Below are positions 15,975 to 29,290 of a stretch of DNA of 64,000 nucleotides, piece after piece. The stretch's first letter is position 1, and every line of letters begins with the position of its first letter. The notes beneath the pieces were generated by a model that was not told the DNA's origin, searched no databases, and saw nothing but the letters and a program-made list of their open reading frames with translations. The stretch is from Eledone cirrhosa (taxonomy: Eukaryota), in NCBI GenBank assembly GCA_964016885.1, contig OZ024747.1:9114001-9178000 (forward strand), given 5' to 3'. The position numbers were made by a program, and so were the translations under genes.

Positions 15975-16510
15975 ATTGTAGTACCAGAGATCTCAGTCCT
16001 GTGTTATCTCTCTCAAGAGATTCAGCTGTGCCAGGTCAGCCTTTATCATTTCATCCCATGTATTCCTAGGCATCCTACAACTTCAAACACCCTGCACCTT
16101 TTCATACAGCTGTCATCCTTCATGTGCATCACATGTCCATACCACCACATTCTTCTCTCCTGCACCCAGCATTTGATCCCTCTTATGCCTAGTTTCATTC
16201 TCAGTTCATTTACACTTCACTGTACATGCATGCTACTATTACCCATCCACCACTTCATGCAAGCTTCATCTCTTTCCAATCTTTGTAGGTCCTCAGCATA
16301 CAGTGCCCAGGTTTCACTTCCATGTAGCATTGCTGTTTGCACACTGGCATCATACAACTTGCCTTTTATCTTGAGGGAGAAACCTTTTATAGCTAGTAGC
16401 AGTAGCAGCAGCAGCAGCTCCCTGACCTTTTTTAATCCTGTCATTACTCTGGCAAATGTACTTTCTGAGCTCCCACCTCTTCTGTTAATTTGGGTTCTCA
16501 GGTAGCAGAA
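15975..16510 (-). mobile_element. RTE LINE fragment
   Basis: [28 protein letters not shown], homologous to the 57.6-58.7 kb element. Confidence 0.8.
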
Positions 16511-17122
16511 ATTGCATAGTTTAACTAATAGGTAGTTGGGTTTGTGATCCAGTCATTCTGATTAGCAGATCATGATGCAATAAGCAAAAGTACTCAACAT
16601 CATGTGTATATTCCATCATAGATGTGGTATCTCATGGTTGGTACAGGAATGGAATTAAATACTTCAATGAAAATATAAGAAGGCTGGTTTCCAATAACTT
16701 CCTTTATTATTGCATAATTACACAATATGTATTTCTGTGGTCAGCTTACGTCATCAGAGCATGATGCAAGACAATTGGTGACATCATCAGATGTTATGAA
16801 CATAAAAGATTTAGTTAAGCAATTCTTACTGGGTCACAGCAAAATATAAACAAAGAATTGATACAGAGGTGTCTTGGCTAGCTATGTTATTATTATGACA
16901 GATATATATATATATATAGATAGAGAGAGAGGTAGAACACTGGAAGGTAAAGCACTCAGTCCATGGGACAAGTCTATATATATATATAGAGATAGATAGA
17001 TAGATAGAGAGAGAGAGGTAGAACACTGGAAGGTAAAGCACTCAGTCCATGGGACAAGTCTATATATATATAATATTATGGAAAACGAAGAATCAGTGAT
17101 GCATCGAAACACAATTTAATAA

Positions 17123-17310
17123 TTGTTTCTACATTTGGCACAAGGCCAGCAATTACCCAGTGCATTACTGGTACTTTATTTTATCGACCCCGTAAGGATG
17201 AAAGTAAAGTTAACCTCGGCGGGTTTTGAACTCAGATCGTAAAGGGACGTAACTAAGCTGCAAAGCATGGCGTCCGACCCTCTACCGATACTGCCAATCC
17301 ACCGCCCTTT
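17123..17310 (-). mobile_element. Full-length SINE with 16-bp TSD
   Basis: TSD aaacacaatttaataa at 17107-17122 and 17311-17326. Confidence 0.88.
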
Positions 17311-17610
17311 AAACACAATTTAATAACGTGTTACAATTGTTTCTCTGGCCAACAGCTCGAGTACGATCTATTTGTGGATCGAACCTGACTCTGGATTCAC
17401 AAGTTCCTCAGATATGTCTAGTGACTTTGAAGCAAATCTTCTGTCTGTTTGACAGAGAAACAATTGTAATACGTTATTAAATTGTATTTCGATGCATCAC
17501 TGATTCTTCATTTTCCATATTATTATTATACTCAGCTCTGAAGGAGCATACAATGCTCAACTAGCATACCACCTATAGACGCATCCAACCAACCTTACTA
17601 CAAATATATA

Positions 17611-17654
<44 letters not shown>

Positions 17655-17783
17655 GAGGTTATATTTAATTTGTTGGGATTCAACAAGCTTAAAAATTTTA
17701 TAACTGATATAAAGCACTCAACAGTTAGTGGAGTAAATACACAATATATTAATAAATGGAAACTATATCTATAAAACCATATT

Positions 17784-17849
17784 TATTTTATTATACATAT
17801 TTCAAGGGCAACCAAGGTAAATTATGGTGCGCTTTCATCAGATAAAATA
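17784..17849 (-). ncRNA. Type I hammerhead ribozyme motif, related family, partly decayed
   Basis: Minus strand: tattttat CTGATGA aagcgcacca...tggttgccctt GAAA tatgtat a ataaaata. Stem I is the same as in the 32.9/33.1 kb copies. Confidence 0.6.
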
Positions 17850-17933
17850 CAGATTTGGTTTATAAATAAATATTGAGATACCCGCAAAAAAAGACAACCT
17901 TAACGGTTGGAGCTTCCTTATATATATATATAT

Positions 17934-18555
17934 AAGAAGGCTACGTTGGTATGGTCACGTGATGCGCATGAAAGACGACAGCTGTATAAAAAAGTGCAGG
18001 GCAATAAAAATAGACAGTAGCCACGGAGTAGGCAGACCCAGAAAAACCTGGGACGACTTGATAAATTCCGACCTCACACACTTACACCTCTCCAAGACAA
18101 TGTCACTGGACCGAGATCTTTGGCGGCACTCAGTAATAGAGAAGACCCGCCTTACCTAAATACAAAGTAAAACCTACTACAGTCAGTAGGCACCTCTAAC
18201 AAAATACACCCATGTCCCACTACCCCCACCCCATCCACACTACCCCTTTCAATGTAAAGTTATGTTGGTACCACAACATCCAGGCCGAAACAAATGAGGT
18301 CGTGTAGGTGTCACAACAAAAAAACACACAGTCCAAGCTGTAATATGGCCGTGTAGGTAACACGGTAAAAACCTCCCAGTTCCATACTGTAAATGTGGTT
18401 GGTGCTAGGAAGGGCATCCAGCCGTAGAAAACCCGCCAGACATTCCTATGCGAGCAAGACAACCACTCTTGCCTCAAGTGGGAAAACTCCCGTCCAAACC
18501 CATGCAAGCATGGAATATGGACGTTAAACGATGATGAAAATGATGATGATGATGA
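17934..18555 (+). mobile_element. 5'-truncated RTE LINE with 3' UTR and (GAT)n tail
   Basis: Close match to 58460-59070 ([14 protein letters not shown]...GRPRKTW). Confidence 0.88.
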
Positions 18556-19249
18556 TATATATATATGTTTGTATGTATGAAATATATTGTTTTCTTCTTT
18601 TATCCTTTCAGATTTTCAAAGAATTACCCAATGAATGACAGAGAAGATTGTGAATATTTGGTAACTAAAGAAATAGGATCTGTCCTCCAACATGGAAATA
18701 CCGCTGACACCTACCTAAATATTTCGTAGAAATATTCCTTGTTTCATATCACACGCATACATACATACACACACACATATAGTATATATATATAGAGAGA
18801 GAAACATACATACACATACACACATATATATATATAGAAACACACATACATACACATATATATATACATCCATATATATATATACATAGAAACATATATA
18901 CATATATATATATATAAACAAACATATATATAAACATAAATGTAAATAAGCATACATACAAATATATACACACACACAATGCACACACATATACACACAC
19001 ACATATAGACACAGATATATTTTGTATTCTTCTCCAGTTAACCATTATGGCAGCCATATTTCACTGATAAAAAAGATATAGATTTTTGAATAAGTGAAAT
19101 TAAATACATCTTGATTTGTCTTTATGTAAGTGTCTTAATATTTCATCAAATACTTCTGGAAAAAATCAATAGTTATCCTTTATATATATATTTATTTCAC
19201 ATAACCACCCCTCCATTCTCTGCCTACCTAATCTTTCACTATCTATCTG

Positions 19250-19308
<59 letters not shown>

Positions 19309-19447
19309 CTCTATCTATCTATCTATCTGTCTATCTGTCTGTCTATCTATCTATCTATTTATCTATCTACCCTCTCCCTCTGTATATATATATATATATA
19401 TATATATTTATTTTATATAACTCTCTCTTTATTTACCTAATCTCCCA

Positions 19448-19481
<34 letters not shown>

Positions 19482-19622
19482 CACTATCTATCTATCTCTC
19501 TTTATTTATTTACCAATGTATCTATAGTTCATTTGTATTCTATCAATCAATATATCTATCTATCTCTTGTAAAAATACACACACACACATATATATATAC
19601 AAACACACACATACATATAGAT

Positions 19623-19673
<51 letters not shown>

Positions 19674-21255
19674 GGGTATTACACCTAAACATCAATGGGG
19701 TTGGAAATTTTGTGAATAGATTTATGAAAAAAGTGAAAAAATATAATACAAAACAAAGTCAACAAAGTAAATCAAAAAGGAAGAATCTCTTTTATTCCAT
19801 TAAAAAGCCATCTCACACCATCACCACAACAACAACAACATTGTCACTGCCACCAACACCACAAACACCACCATCACCACCATCACCAATACTAATATTA
19901 CTAGCAGTACCACTGCCACCACCACTACACCAACACTACAAACACCACCATCGCCAATACTAATATTACCAGCAGTACCACTGCCACCACCACTACACCA
20001 ACACTACAAACACCACTATCACCACTACTAACATTGTCAGCAGCAACACCACCAATACCACCGCCACCAACACAACCCCCATCACCACCACCACTACTAA
20101 CATCAACAGCAGCAATATCACTACCACCACTACAACCATCACCAAATTGAAATAACAGCAAGGAATGGCTGCTATTAAATTCACAAACAATAATTTCTAG
20201 AAAGAAGATGCTTAAAACTAGCAAAAGATATCCAAATGATGGAAATATGAAAAGAAAAATCAAATGTAAAGCTACAAGCAATAGTGAGAGATGTGGAGAA
20301 AGAACACCCCTCCTTCTCCTGCTCTTCCTCGAAGCAAATTTAAAAATGTAAAAAGCAGACGATAAATATGAAACACATCAAGACAATATATATGAAATAA
20401 AGAAGTGAAAATAAAAAAAAAATGACGAAAGCCCTTGAAAATCCACTTCAGTTGCAAGGGAGACAATTCTAGCTAAACTTAAATGTTTAAAAAATCTGAA
20501 GAATTTCCATCAGTCTCCCCCTCTCCCCTCTTTCTCCCTGCATCTCCCTCTTTTAATATTATGAAAGATAAAAAGAGAATGTATTAAATCAAAAAGAAAT
20601 TCACTTTATTCTGAAATCACTTTTAGTTTCCTCAAAGAAGATATGAAAATGAAACTCTCACCTCCTCCTTCACCCTTACATCTCTTCCAAATAATGGCTC
20701 TGAATAGATGCTAAGTAATTTCTTTAATGTATCTTCTTAAGAGCGAGTGTTTAAAACTTGGCTTTGCACAAGAAAAAAAGAAAATAAAAAGAACAAGTTT
20801 GATGCAAAGACAACAAATAAACAAACAAACAAGGTAAAAAAGAGAACAAAAATAAAAGAACTAATTAATAAACCAACTTACCATGATAAATTATCCACAT
20901 GGTTTTTATTGTGGTATATAACATACAACTTTAGCAACATGGATCTGAAACAAATCTCGCAATAGTGGCCTTTGTTTTGTATTTCAATTTTGGAGGAAGA
21001 AGAAAAAACTTTGAAATAATTTTTTTAACTAACAAACTCTAATATAGTCAGCTTTAAAACAAATATATTTCCTAAAGGCAGAAAAAATGAAGAGAAAAAA
21101 TGTCTTATACAAAATATAATTTCTAATACAAAAGTCAGAATATACTGTTTTGGAATGAAACATTGGAACTATATGTTGTTGCTGAAATAAGTACAAGAAT
21201 ATCATCTTGTTTAACAGTAGAGTATAAACAGGTTTATAATATATAAACTACAAAC

Positions 21256-23232
21256 ATGTTTCCTGTACAACCAATCTATTCAATGGGGAAACAGTTTAAT
21301 TTTGACTTCTATGGCAAACCAGCTTTCCCAGCTAATGAACATTTGAAAAGCTATGAAAGCGTTTCTCATATGTCCGATAAATCGTCATTTGGATTCGACC
21401 TCTGTGCGAAGCCACCAAGTCATAATAACTCTCTTGCTATGAAAAGTCATGGCAAGAAGTCAATGAACAACTCTTCTTCGGAGTCAATGTTAACTCATTC
21501 TGGTAACAGTGAGTTATCAAATAGGGAGGGTTGTAACCATATCGGAAATAGCAATGTTGGAAATAAACCCTTTAACTGCAATGTTTGCTGTAAGAGTTTC
21601 AGCCAGCGGGCAAATCTCAACAACCATGAACGTGTTCACACTGGTGAGCGACCGTTCAGTTGCAGTTTCTGTCAAAAGTCATTCAGCCAGAAGGCTAACC
21701 TGAAAAACCACGAACGCGTTCACACTGGTGAAAAGCCTTTCAGGTGTCCGTTTTGTGAAAAAACCTTCAGCCAGCGAGCTAATCTAAGTAACCATGAACG
21801 TATTCATACTGGCGAGAAGCCGTTTGTGTGTCATGTGTGCCAGAAAGCGTTTAGCCAGAAGGCAAACTTGAATAATCACGAACGTGTTCACAGTGGCGAG
21901 AAACCATTTAGCTGTACCTTTTGTGGTAAGGGCTTCTCTCAACGTGCTAACCTTATTTCTCATGAGCGAATTCATACAGGCGAAAAACCATTTGTGTGTG
22001 TTGTGTGTCGAAAAGCTTTCAGCCAAAAAGCAAACCTGCATAATCATGAACGTATTCACACTGGTGAGAAACCATTCAACTGTCCATTTTGTGGCAAAGC
22101 TTTCAGTCAAAAGGCGAACCTTGTCAACCATGAACGCATCCATACTGGCGAGAAGCCATACCATTGTGAGACATGTCACAAAGCCTTCAGTCAAAAGGCT
22201 AATCTACATAACCATCAACGTATTCACACTGGAGAAAAACCATTTCATTGTGATGTGTGCCAAAAATCTTTCAGTCAGCAAGTCAACTTGAACAACCATG
22301 AACGTATACATACGGGGGAACGGCCTTTCAAATGTAAGATATGTCAGAAGACATTTTCTCAGAAAGCCAATCTGCACAATCATGAACGCATTCACACCGG
22401 TGAGAAACTTGCTAGTTGTGATGCATGTCCCAAACCGTATGGTTCCCATGGGAAGCTCAAGGACCATTGTTCCTCACATGGACCAGGAAAGCCATTTGAT
22501 TGTTCGTACTGCGACAAAGAGCCAGCCATGAGAAACAGCATGAACCCTCAACAACCCCTGTCACCAAATGTTAAGCCATTTGTCTGTCCATACTGTGGCA
22601 AAGGATTTTGTGAAAAGTCTAATTTGAACATCCATGAGAATTACTGTCCCCAGAAAAGACTTTCTATCAAACATGCCTTAAACAACAACAATAGCAGCAG
22701 CACCATCACCACCAACAACAGCAACAGCAACAACAACAGCAATAACAATAATGATGGTGCAGGCAGCAGTGGTAATGACAATGGTACCAGGAATGGTAGT
22801 GAGAGTTTCCATGGACCTCAAGGACACAATAATGATACAGCAACACACCAGTCGGACAAACAGATGAGTTGTGAGGGATACAAAGGGAAGAGTTACTCAC
22901 CTCGAGCTGGCCCCTTGAAAGACAATGGTAAAGATACTATGCCATCCCATAGCCAGTCTGTTGCAAGGAGTGATGGTGGAGGCTCTTCTCTTAGCCAGTC
23001 GCAGATGGGGGGTAGGATACCACCGTTGAACATACCTTCGTCCAGAATAGGTTCTTCATCTTGTTTTCCGCAGATGACAGCCGGATGGGAAAACAACTAC
23101 AGCTGGTCGAGAACATTCCCTATGGCTCCACCCCGCTGGAGCCAGAATTGGCCAAACACAGCCACCATGCCACCATTGCAAGCACCATTAGCTCCTGGAA
23201 TTCGATCACACAAACCCCGTGAACAGAACTAA
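21256..23232 (+). CDS. C2H2 zinc-finger protein, 658 aa; 10 tandem canonical fingers, degenerate fingers, N/S/G-rich tail
   Basis: Ten consecutive fingers CxxC..F(S)Q(K/R/Q)(A/V)NLx(N/S)H(E/Q)R(I/V)H with (T/S)GE(K/R)P linkers. These are followed by a divergent C2H2 finger, a partial CxxC and a C2HC finger. Confidence 0.93.
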   Translation: MFPVQPIYSMGKQFNFDFYGKPAFPANEHLKSYESVSHMSDKSSFGFDLCAKPPSHNNSLAMKSHGKKSMNNSSSESMLTHSGNSELSNREGCNHIGNSNVGNKPFNCNVCCKSFSQRANLNNHERVHTGERPFSCSFCQKSFSQKANLKNHERVHTGEKPFRCPFCEKTFSQRANLSNHERIHTGEKPFVCHVCQKAFSQKANLNNHERVHSGEKPFSCTFCGKGFSQRANLISHERIHTGEKPFVCVVCRKAFSQKANLHNHERIHTGEKPFNCPFCGKAFSQKANLVNHERIHTGEKPYHCETCHKAFSQKANLHNHQRIHTGEKPFHCDVCQKSFSQQVNLNNHERIHTGERPFKCKICQKTFSQKANLHNHERIHTGEKLASCDACPKPYGSHGKLKDHCSSHGPGKPFDCSYCDKEPAMRNSMNPQQPLSPNVKPFVCPYCGKGFCEKSNLNIHENYCPQKRLSIKHALNNNNSSSTITTNNSNSNNNSNNNNDGAGSSGNDNGTRNGSESFHGPQGHNNDTATHQSDKQMSCEGYKGKSYSPRAGPLKDNGKDTMPSHSQSVARSDGGGSSLSQSQMGGRIPPLNIPSSRIGSSSCFPQMTAGWENNYSWSRTFPMAPPRWSQNWPNTATMPPLQAPLAPGIRSHKPREQN

Positions 23233-23797
23233 ATCTTCCAAGGATGTCGATATTGGGAGAGACATTTAGTAAACAAACAAACAAGGAAAGAAAGAAATAT
23301 AGAAATAATGAATATGTGGTAGGCATTGCTGTAGCATGGCCAACTGGTTGGAACCAATAAAAAAAGTATTTTATTTATAAAGAAACTAGTTATCACCCAC
23401 CTCACTGGACTCCAAACAGACACAACAACAGCAACAATAGTTATAACAATAATAGTAGTGTGGTGATGGAGGTAGTGGGGTTGGCCTAAATGAACTAAAT
23501 GCTTTGCCAGTATTTAGTCTTTTAATTTTTTTTTGTTTGGTCTCCTTATAGCTTTGAGACTGAGTTCAAAATCTGTCAAGTGTTGATCAACTTTGATCTT
23601 TGATCAATCCAGAAGAGGAGGAGGAGGAGGTGTCAGAAGGGTTAAAAGAACGTGTTTGCCCCCCCCCCCCCCCCACACACACAAAAAAGTACCAGCAATA
23701 TACTGCGGGAGAGAGTAACAGGGAGGAGAAGTGAGGAGGTGATAATGGAAGGGGGTGGGGGGAGTATTTTAGTTGCTCTGCTCTTTCATTCACACAC

Positions 23798-23846
<49 letters not shown>

Positions 23847-24116
23847 TATACCCACAAAATACTCTTGTGCCAAACGAAACAATCAATAACAATAACAACA
23901 ATTGCAATCATGACAACAACAACAGCAACAACATTGTTGGTGGCGGTGGTGGTGATAGTAGCAACAACAACAACAACAACATCCTTTATTGAGAAGAGTT
24001 TCATTTTTGCTTTTACCCTCTGTGTGTGTATATATATCCACACATATAATGTTGTACATATATCATATATATATATATATATATGTATGTAAACATCATA
24101 TCATATATATATATAT

Positions 24117-24152
<36 letters not shown>

Positions 24153-24409
24153 ACACATTTTAAAAAGTCCATTTCTTAGATAGATGTGACATGTCGGATT
24201 TGTACGGAGGTGGGGGCAGGGGGTGTAGGAGAGAAGAGCAAAAGGTGAGGGGAGGGAGGGAAAGAGAAGGAAAATGAGGAGAAACATTTGTGACATTTGT
24301 GAGTTTTACTTTCTAACCAATCACATAGTAATGATTCCTTGTGTAGATATAAAACAAAAAAATAATCTCATATTTTGTTAAACCACTTCACAACTCTCAA
24401 TACATACAT

Positions 24410-24710
24410 GACCATCTGATCATCAGATGATCTGATGATCAGATGATCTGATGTTCAGATGATCTGATGATTAGATGATCTGATTATCAGATGATCTGAT
24501 CATCTGAACATCAGATCATCTGATCATCTGAACATCTGATCATATGATCATCAGATGACCAGATCATCTGAACATATGATCAACTGATCATCAGATCAGC
24601 TGAATATCAGATCATCTGATCATCAGATCATCTGATTGTCTGATCATCTGATCATCAGATCATCTGATTGTCTGATCATAAGATCATCTGATCATCTGAA
24701 CATCTGATCG
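24410..24710. repeat. Self-complementary GATC-rich satellite (9/16-bp units, both orientations)
   Basis: atcagatgatctgatg units switch to their reverse complement catcagatcatctgat near 24495. Confidence 0.85.
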
Positions 24711-27700
24711 TCTCATTTAAGAGAAAGAGAGTGCTCTAGAATGACGAAGGTAAGCATTTAATGAGGCTTGTCCAGACCCTTCACTTATACTGCTGATGAT
24801 GCTTTTGAGTAAATATGAATGTCTCGTAATCTCATTTAACCTTATAATGCTTAAATTATCAATATACGGAACAAAAAAAAATGTATTTATATGTCCTTTT
24901 TCAGCTTATTTAAGGCAGTGAAATGGCAGAATCATTAGGGCGTCAGATTAAAAATGCCTTGGTATTTGTTCCAGCTCATTGTACTCTGAGTTCAAATCCC
25001 ATCATGGTTAACTTTACCTTTCATCCTTTTGAGGTTGATAAATAAAGTACCTAACTAGCACTGCGGCTAATTCTTCCTCTCTCTCTCTCTTTTCATCACT
25101 TTCTCTGTTTCCCTCTCTCTGGAATATATCAGCTATGTTCAGACCTGGAGAGAGATGGGCTCCGCCAGGTTTATAATGCCTAAGGCATATATCAGGATGA
25201 CACCCATACGACTCCATCAAGAGTTAAGGCGGGGGGCTATTCCAATTTTTTAAAGCTTATTTAAGGCTATGAAGTATGTTTACTGTATAAAAGTGTAATT
25301 TTCTGACACATTATAGGATGGTCAGCAAATGTGATTGTCATTGATATTTTGGAAATCTAAATATTAAATGCATTGTTGATTATCTAAAACAAAATTATTT
25401 CCATATTTGATGGCATATATGACCCACAGTGTAAAAATGATATTCTTGTATTACATAAAACTGCATTAGCAAGATATTCTTCAAAATGTCCAAAGCAGCA
25501 CCATAACTGCATCCCATTATAAATCAAAATCTTTACTTTAGTTAACTGCAAATTTTCACAACAATCTGGGCACTAGTAAAGATACTACAAACGTTTGATT
25601 TAACAAACCTATTTTTAGATATTTTCTGCTAAATCCTTACAGTTTGTTAAGAGATGGTACTGCATATTTTAATAACAATCTCTCCAGTAGTAAAGATACT
25701 GAATTAACAAACCTGTGTTTAGGCATTTTCTGTTAAATCATTATAGGATGTTAAAATTTAATACAAAAAAGACCAAAAAGAATATCATATGCAAATATGC
25801 AAAATTGAGCTTCATCTTTTAATAACCTGTAATTACACAAAGAATTTGCCCTTAACCCTTTAGCATTCACATTACTTTATATATACTATTATATTTTCAT
25901 GGTAAAGGCTTTATCGCACATAATTATATCACATAATATCGAATCTATGAGATTTTGAAAGTATTTTGAGAACAATACTATAACATCAGTATGAGTAGCC
26001 AGTTACAGCCAGTTTCAACAGATTTGAACATTAAAGGGTTAATTTTCCCTGTTGAAATGCCTATGGATCTTATGTGTCATCAAATATGGTCATTTTTGAA
26101 GCAGCTTTAGGTACAGATTATGTAAGATAGCTATGGTGTCCCTGTATTATTGCAAATTTTAAATGAATATAGAATATAATTGACATTAAATATTTGCACA
26201 GAAGCAAAGTTGCAAAAGCAAAACATTAAATTTTGTTTGTTTCATAAAGCTGATTAATTCTGCCTCATGTTACGATTATATATGTATGTGTGTACACTCA
26301 CACATATGTATATGTATATATCATTAAACTGTCAAGAATTCTGTAACAACTGCCAGATATTATAATTCCTTGCATGCAATAATGTTGTTGAAATGTAAAA
26401 GAATCCACGGAGATTGTCCAAGCTTTCAATTTTATTGTTTTCTCCTCATACGAGCTTAGAATCTAAAGTGCCAAGAATTCTTAACAATAGGTGTTATGGG
26501 GTTAAAAATGAGCTAAGTGCTCTCGAGTTGAAGCAACTCATTTTACATATATACTGCTGACAATGCTTTTGAGAAAGGCATGAATATCTTAGAATCTCAT
26601 TTACACCTTTTGTGATCATATTTTAAATTAAATGTACTCTACTTTAATTAAGGAGAAATTTGAAGGATTTACTAAAATTATTAATTAGAAACTTAACATC
26701 TGTTGGAAGATTTTAATTTTAATTGGAACCCTTTAAAATGGGTTGTTTTGTTTCATAGAATCAGAATTGATTTTGGCCAGGTTGACATTAAAAAGGTTAA
26801 GGAAGTTTATCCAAATTTCTCCTTTTCAACTAGAGTTTTTTCCCCAAATTTCCCATTAGACTGTTGTATCAGATCTTATATTATATATTTTTAATTTACA
26901 TGCAAAATTTTCATTCTGGTCTCCTTTCTAATGCAATTGGTTATTTTGTAAACATTTCTGCTACTTGATCTGACAAAATGGCCGTCGTTAGAGCACAGGA
27001 TAAAATGGAGAGTTGTTAGGGTGTTAGATTAAATGCTGTGATGTTTGTTTTGGCTCACTTCTCTGAGTTCAAATCCCACTGAAGTTAACTTTGCCTTTCA
27101 TTCTTTTGAGATTGATGAATAAAATAACAGTTGAATACTGGAGTCAATTCTTTTCCTATCTCTCTTTATCACTTTCTCCCAGTCTCTCTCCTTCTCTAGA
27201 AGAAATTGGCTATGTTACAGCCTGGAGAGGGAAGGGCTGTGTAAAGTCCAAAACAAGTTGTGTCAGAATGGTGACCCTATGACTCCACCAGGAGTTAAAA
27301 CTATTTTCTTCTTTTTATTTTCCCCTTCACAATCCGAGTTCAAATCCCACAAATCAATCTTATATCAGTCCCGATCAGTGGATAGGTGGAACTATTAGTG
27401 TCAGACATGACACCTCGCAGTATTTGTTCTAGCTCATTGTGTGTTGAGTTCAAATCTTGCTATGGTTTACTTGAATGTGATATACACCTATATATGTACA
27501 CACAAACACACATATAAAATAACATGCTCACACACATATATACATGAACAAACATACATACACACAAACACACACTCATACAGAGGTAGTCTATAATCAT
27601 CAGAGTTGAAGGGAAGTGGAGGAAGAAGTGATCTCTGTCTTCAACTTAGTTTCACTCAATTTAATCCCATAAATCACCCAACAGAATGGCATGAATGTTA

Positions 27701-29045
27701 CATCATCTCATTTGCCCTCAGTCAATCATACAGTGAAGCCAGGTGGCTAAGTGGGTAAGGTGTTGGACTAATGACCATAAGGTAATGTGTTCGATTCCTG
27801 GACTGGGAAGCACTTTGTGTCCTTGAGCAAGCTGTTTCAATTCATGATAGGATTGGACCCCCTATGAGACCTAACCTTGTAGGGGACAAACTAAACTTGC
27901 ATAGGTGTGAGCAGTAATAACAATATATATATATATGCTATAGAATAGGGTGAAGGCCCTTAAAGACAGAATGAAGTTGCCATTGGCCATGTGTGTGTGA
28001 TGACTGGGGCCCCTATCATTAAAATACCAAAGAAACCTCCTATGAAAAGTAATTTAATAGGAGGCCAGCTAAACCTACATAAGTGTGAGCTGTAAATTAA
28101 TTTTTTTGTCAGTCGCTCTATTAACTCTTAACGTCCTGTACCTCATGAAACCTCATTAGCAAGACATTCTTGGAAAGTACAAAGCAGCAGTATGATTCCA
28201 TTACATAAAAAAATTATGCTACATTTCTAATAAAATACACTGTCCATGTTATCTTCATTTTACATCTGTTTTCCAAGATGGTATAGATTGGATTGGCTGT
28301 CAGTCTGAGAATAAATAGGTTTAGAGAGAAGCCTTTACTGAAAGTTTTCACAATTTTTTCAAGAGTAAGGATGCTGTAAATGCATAAATTAACAAACATA
28401 ATTTAAAAAATATGTTCCGCGAAATCATTTCAGGACATTAAGTGTTAAGGTTAATTTCAGATCTAACACCTATCCATCCATACCCCTGCTTCTATCAACA
28501 GTTTACAACCCTCACACAGTGTACTCTATATGTTAACAGACCACACTGTATGTAATAATAGACAGATGTAAACCCCTTATCTTTATATCATCATCATGAT
28601 TTAATGTTTGTTATATATATATATATATATATATATAAAGTGTACAACTAATAATATATTTCTTCATTGTACTGTGTCATTGCTGTTTGCCTTTTGCATA
28701 TATACATATATATACATACATATATAGTGCATGTGTGTGTATGTGTATGTGCATACATGCTAAAGGCAAACAGAAATAACAAAACAAACGACACAGTACA
28801 ATAAAGAAGTATATTAGTTTTACACTTGATATAGTAGGAAAAGAGTCTTCCATTCTCTCATATATCTTGACTCTCTCAGCCCCTGCCTCCTATTCTCACT
28901 CTCTAATATACTTTGTTTCACACCCGTACTTCTCCGCTATCACCCTCACAGCCCCCCTCCCCCACCAATGCCGCAGCCATAAAAATAAAAATTAAAACCA
29001 AAGGACAACATCTAGTCAAAACAACTACATTTAGGCCATATGAGA

Positions 29046-29290
29046 TTGGTCTATGTTGTTTCTAGTCTATCTACCAACACTGGTCTATGTTGTTTCTAGT
29101 CTATCTACCAACACTGGTCTATGTTGTTTCTAGTCTATCTACCAACACTGGTCTATGTTGTTTCTAGTCTATCTACCAATACTGGTCTATGTTGTTTCTA
29201 GTCTATCTACCAACACTGGTCTATGTTGTTTCTAGTCTATCTACCAACACTGGTCTATGTTGTTTCTAGTCTATCTACCAACACTGGTTT
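29046..29290. repeat. 34-bp minisatellite, ~7 copies
   Basis: ggtctatgttgtttctagtctatctaccaacact. Confidence 0.9.

Noticed and set aside
24440-24475. CTGATGA motifs as hammerhead cores or C/D boxes
   Set aside because: Part of the satellite unit; no GAAA core or suitable stems.
27740-27835. tRNA-like A/B-box sequence (also 855-920, 3185-3293, 47600-47705)
   Set aside because: No complete cloverleaf; continues into SINE body sequence (gtgtccttgagcaag).
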